From a virus: DNA of 34,193 bases. The notes under the pieces were generated by a model. The model ran no database searches and had not been told where the DNA came from. It was given only the letters and a program-made list of their open reading frames with translations. Positions 31,959 through 34,193 of this stretch are shown here, one piece after another. The position numbers were made by a program, and so were the translations under genes. The stretch covers positions 1-34,193 of the IMG/VR virus record IMGVR_UViG_3300045988_182940; one strand, written 5' to 3'. How positions within the stretch are numbered: position 1 is the stretch's first letter; each line of letters opens with the position of its first letter.

Positions 31959-32332
31959 TTATGGATGAAAAGATTTTCAAAGATAAAAAGATTTTCCCAA
32001 CGATATATCCGTATTTTTCGGAGGTAAACTACGACGACATACTGAAACACGCCGAAAAGTTTTTACCGACACCCGAAAAGCCGATAACAAGGATAACTTA
32101 CAAAAAGCCTTTAATTTGGGAAGATATTGCAGACCCGAACAAACGCGCTACGATACAGGAGTTGATAAAAGTCGATATTGTGGCGCGTGAAGAACAGATG
32201 TTCATTGCACCGGTGTTAAAGTGGGCGCAAGAAAACAGAGTGACGACGCACATTCTTATCGACGAAGATTTCGTGCGAGAAGCACTTTACCGGGAAGCGG
32301 AGCGGCGGAGGGATATGCAATGGAAGAATTAG
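31955..32332 (+). CDS. Hypothetical 125-aa early protein (an ATG at 31961 is also possible)
   Basis: ORF track; overlaps the initiator stop. Confidence 0.55.
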   Translation: MIMDEKIFKDKKIFPTIYPYFSEVNYDDILKHAEKFLPTPEKPITRITYKKPLIWEDIADPNKRATIQELIKVDIVAREEQMFIAPVLKWAQENRVTTHILIDEDFVREALYREAERRRDMQWKN

Positions 32333-32433
32333 CGTTCGTGTTGTTCTCCGAGGCGTTCATCTTAACGCTTTACGGGATATGGGAAGTCGGCAAAAAAATA
32401 ACGAATAAAATCAAGGAGAGAAAAAGAAAATGA
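32320..32433 (+). CDS. Possible 37-aa membrane peptide (MEELAFVLFSEAFILTLYGIWEVGKKITNKIKERKRK)
   Basis: Internal ATG of the 32221 ORF, preceded by GGAGGG. The stop overlaps the ssb start (ATGA). Confidence 0.35.
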   Translation: MEELAFVLFSEAFILTLYGIWEVGKKITNKIKERKRK

Positions 32434-32855
32434 ACAAATGCGTTTTTATTGGAAACTTAACCAAAGACCCCGAGGGCGGCTCGACTACAAGCGGGATATC
32501 GTATTCGCGCTTCACTATTGCGGTCAATCGCAGATATACCGATTCCAACGGCGATAGAATAACGGACTTTATCCCGGTGACGGCGTGGCGAGGGCTTGCC
32601 GACAACTGCAATAAATACCTTGTCAAAGGTAACAAAATAGCCGTCGAGGGTCAATTAAACGTTTCGACTTACGAAAACGACAAAGGCGAAAGACGAACAA
32701 AGTTTGACATATCCGCCGATACGGTCGAGTTCTTATCCCCGAGAAATGAGGATAAACAGCCTGCGGAAGATAAACATACTGCGACGGTTGCGGATAAGAG
32801 CGAAAACAAAAAGTTTACCGACCTGAAAGAAGCCGAGGATGATTTTCCGTTTTGA
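32430..32855 (+). CDS. ssb: Single-stranded DNA-binding protein
   Basis: OB-fold pattern CVFIGNLTKDPE...FTIAVNR...DFIPVTAWRGLADNCNKYLVKGNKIAVEGQL and an acidic C-terminal tip EDDFPF. Confidence 0.93.
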   Translation: MNKCVFIGNLTKDPEGGSTTSGISYSRFTIAVNRRYTDSNGDRITDFIPVTAWRGLADNCNKYLVKGNKIAVEGQLNVSTYENDKGERRTKFDISADTVEFLSPRNEDKQPAEDKHTATVADKSENKKFTDLKEAEDDFPF

Positions 32856-33199
32856 GTAAGCGATACATATACAAGGTCGTCGTAAAAAACGGCGACAAAG
32901 TGAGAACGGTTTTGTCTGTTCGAGCAATAGCGGATATGCGGTTTGTCAAGCGTTGGTATTATCAGAAATACCAGCAAAAGGACGGCGACGTGTTCGTGAT
33001 TTGCTCGGACGAAGAGGCTGTGTGGGAGGCAATGATATGTTCCGTTGCCGACGTCGGATGTAGCATAGGAGAGGAACAATGCAAATATGTGAAAATAACA
33101 AAGATTGCTACTATAAGCAAGAAACAGCCGATTTACTGCAAGAATTGGCTATTGAACGCTCAGAAGCCGAATTTCAGGAAAAGCGATACGCGCGGTTAA
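32852..33199 (+). CDS. Hypothetical protein (TTG start; start and extent uncertain)
   Basis: ORF track. No good SD. The 3' 120 nt overlap the next, better-supported gene. Confidence 0.35.
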   Translation: MSKRYIYKVVVKNGDKVRTVLSVRAIADMRFVKRWYYQKYQQKDGDVFVICSDEEAVWEAMICSVADVGCSIGEEQCKYVKITKIATISKKQPIYCKNWLLNAQKPNFRKSDTRG

Positions 33200-33351
33200 A
33201 GAAAGCGTTACACACGAAAAACAAGAACGAGCGAATCGCAGGCGCGAGAAAGTTCGCGGACAGGCTCTGCTACGAGGTTGAAAACGATGTCGTTGCCGAG
33301 TATATTATGCAGGTTTTCTATAAATGGCTTAAAGAGGTCGAAAATGAATAA
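33079..33351 (+). CDS. Hypothetical 90-aa early protein
   Basis: GGAGAGG SD 5 nt upstream. Confidence 0.55.
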   Translation: MQICENNKDCYYKQETADLLQELAIERSEAEFQEKRYARLKKALHTKNKNERIAGARKFADRLCYEVENDVVAEYIMQVFYKWLKEVENE

Positions 33352-33529
33352 GCCGCATAGAAAAACGAGTTTCCGAAATTGCAACGAATGTACCTATCGA
33401 TTGACAATGCAATGCTTCAATTCGATAAGTGGCAATACGTGTTATGAGGGACACAAACAATACAGCCGCATAAAAATGACGGCGGACGAATTAAAGCGTT
33501 TACGGGAGGCGTTAAATGGACAACGGTAG
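33344..33529 (+). CDS. Hypothetical 61-aa Cys-rich protein
   Basis: Internal ATG of the 33278 ORF, overlapping the upstream stop (ATGAATAA). AGAGG SD. CNECTYRLTMQC...CYEGH. Confidence 0.45.
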   Translation: MNKPHRKTSFRNCNECTYRLTMQCFNSISGNTCYEGHKQYSRIKMTADELKRLREALNGQR

Positions 33530-33917
33530 AAGAAGAGAGATTGAAAGGGCGTTCTATGATTATCAAAAAAACCGTATGGAAGCGGCGGAGTACATATCGG
33601 ACTTATGCTCGACCAAATCCCCGGTGTTGGAGAATTTAGGTCACGGAAGCGGCATAAGCGACCCGACGGCGTTATCGGGAGTAAAACTTGCCGAGTACAA
33701 AAAATACTTGTGGTGTGAAGTGGTTGAAAAGACCTGCACGACGTTTCGCTTCGAGTATGAATACGAACTCATCAAACTGCGGTATTTCAATCACATATCC
33801 CGAAACAGCGTGAACTCGTATCTCAATATATCAGAGCGAACGCATAGTTATTGGTTGGAGCGAATACTGTCTACGGCGGAGCGTTGGGCGTACGAATTAG
33901 GCATTTACACCGATTGA
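33516..33917 (+). CDS. Late-gene transcriptional activator, RinA/ArpU-like
   Basis: 133 aa; last early gene before the late cassette. The pattern IERAFYDY...SDPTA...LIKLRYFN...ISERTHSYWLERILSTAERWAYELG matches RinA-family organisation, with a sigma region-4-like C-terminal HTH. Confidence 0.65.
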   Translation: MDNGRRREIERAFYDYQKNRMEAAEYISDLCSTKSPVLENLGHGSGISDPTALSGVKLAEYKKYLWCEVVEKTCTTFRFEYEYELIKLRYFNHISRNSVNSYLNISERTHSYWLERILSTAERWAYELGIYTD

Positions 33918-33926
33918 AAGTGCAAA

Positions 33927-33950
33927 ATGGCAAAAAGTTTGCCATAATTT
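33927..33950 (+). terminator. Hairpin with a weak T-tract after the activator gene
   Basis: ATGGCAAA (33927-33934), an aag loop, then TTTGCCAT (33938-33945) followed by AATTTT. Confidence 0.5.
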
Positions 33951-33951
33951 T

Positions 33952-33971
33952 GAGAAAATATGTGTTATAAT
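33952..33971 (+). promoter_or_regulatory. TG-extended -10 promoter element, copy 1 of a duplicated box (GAGAAAATATGTGTTATAAT)
   Basis: TGtTATAAT, with TATAAT at 33966-33971. There is no good -35 (CATAAT at 17 nt). Confidence 0.45.
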
Positions 33972-34034
33972 GGTAGCGTGAAGAAATATAAAGCGACCGA
34001 AAAAGAAAAAGTCGCGAAAAGATAAGCGTTACCA

Positions 34035-34063
34035 TTGACACATAGAGAAATATGTGTTAAAAT
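34035..34063 (+). promoter_or_regulatory. Near-consensus promoter TTGACA-17-TGtTAAAAT driving the effector cassette; includes copy 2 of the box (GAGAAATATGTGTTAAAAT)
   Basis: -35 at 34035-34040 and -10 at 34058-34063, with TG at 34055-56. The first CDS starts at 34100, equivalent to position 26. Confidence 0.7.
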
Positions 34064-34074
34064 ACAAAGGTAAT

Positions 34075-34193
34075 GCTTTTTTGTTATGGAGAAAGCATTA
34101 TGGCGGAAGAGTTCAAAAAGACCGGACTTATGGACGGAATGGGCGAAAACAATGATGACGACGATTTCAAAAACGACCCCGAGGGCGGCGGGA
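34075..34193. repeat. Terminal direct repeat, copy 2 (identical to 1-119); most likely an assembly overlap of a circular or circularly permuted molecule
   Basis: Exact 119-nt match to the window start. It cuts through the 5' end of the first CDS, so it is not a biological boundary. Confidence 0.95.

Larger units (their letters stand above)
1..34074. mobile_element. Complete temperate tailed-phage genome unit (circularly closed contig, about 34,074 bp)
   Basis: All canonical phage modules are present: terminase, portal, scaffold, capsid, tail/fibre, membrane genes, attP, integrase, repressor/cro, recombination, replication and late activator. The last 119 bases repeat the first 119 exactly. 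Confidence 0.85.

Overview
The window is a complete, circularly closed temperate tailed-phage genome. The unit is about 34,074 bp, and bases 1-119 recur exactly at 34075-34193. Expression signals look Gram-positive (Bacillota-like): nearly every gene has a GGAG/GGAGG Shine-Dalgarno site, and several promoters are TTGACA-17-TGnTATAAT.

Gene order:
1. 26-2683: a late-promoter cassette with two enzyme-like effector/toxin candidates and small partner ORFs, closed by a terminator.
2. 2723-3896: an AT-rich reverse-strand four-gene cassette ending in a 55-aa HTH gene.
3. 4078-10633: packaging and head genes (terS, terL, portal, acidic scaffold, major capsid).
4. 10754-23798: connector, tail and fibre genes, interrupted at 13671-14853 by two membrane-protein genes, the second with a moron-like structure.
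5. 23814-26062: three membrane proteins, with no recognisable endolysin.
6. 26068-28302: attP (a tRNA 3' fragment flanked by arm-type repeats), tyrosine integrase, and an XRE repressor/cro pair controlled by two face-to-face consensus promoters.
7. 28333-33917: early genes (Gp157-like, Rad52-like annealase, HNH nuclease, replication initiator with internal iterons, SSB) and a RinA/ArpU-like late activator.

I found no rRNA, complete tRNA, CRISPR array or reverse transcriptase.

Best candidates for something new:
- The papain-fold and GNAT-like late proteins share a short N-terminal leader motif present three times. This may be a virion-cargo or ejected-effector system that lacks a MuF domain.
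- The reverse-strand small-protein/HTH cassette has an Acr-Aca-like or TA-like layout.
- The lysis region has no endolysin.
- The immunity switch uses converging promoters.

All functional calls come from motif recognition and gene order only. No database search was possible.
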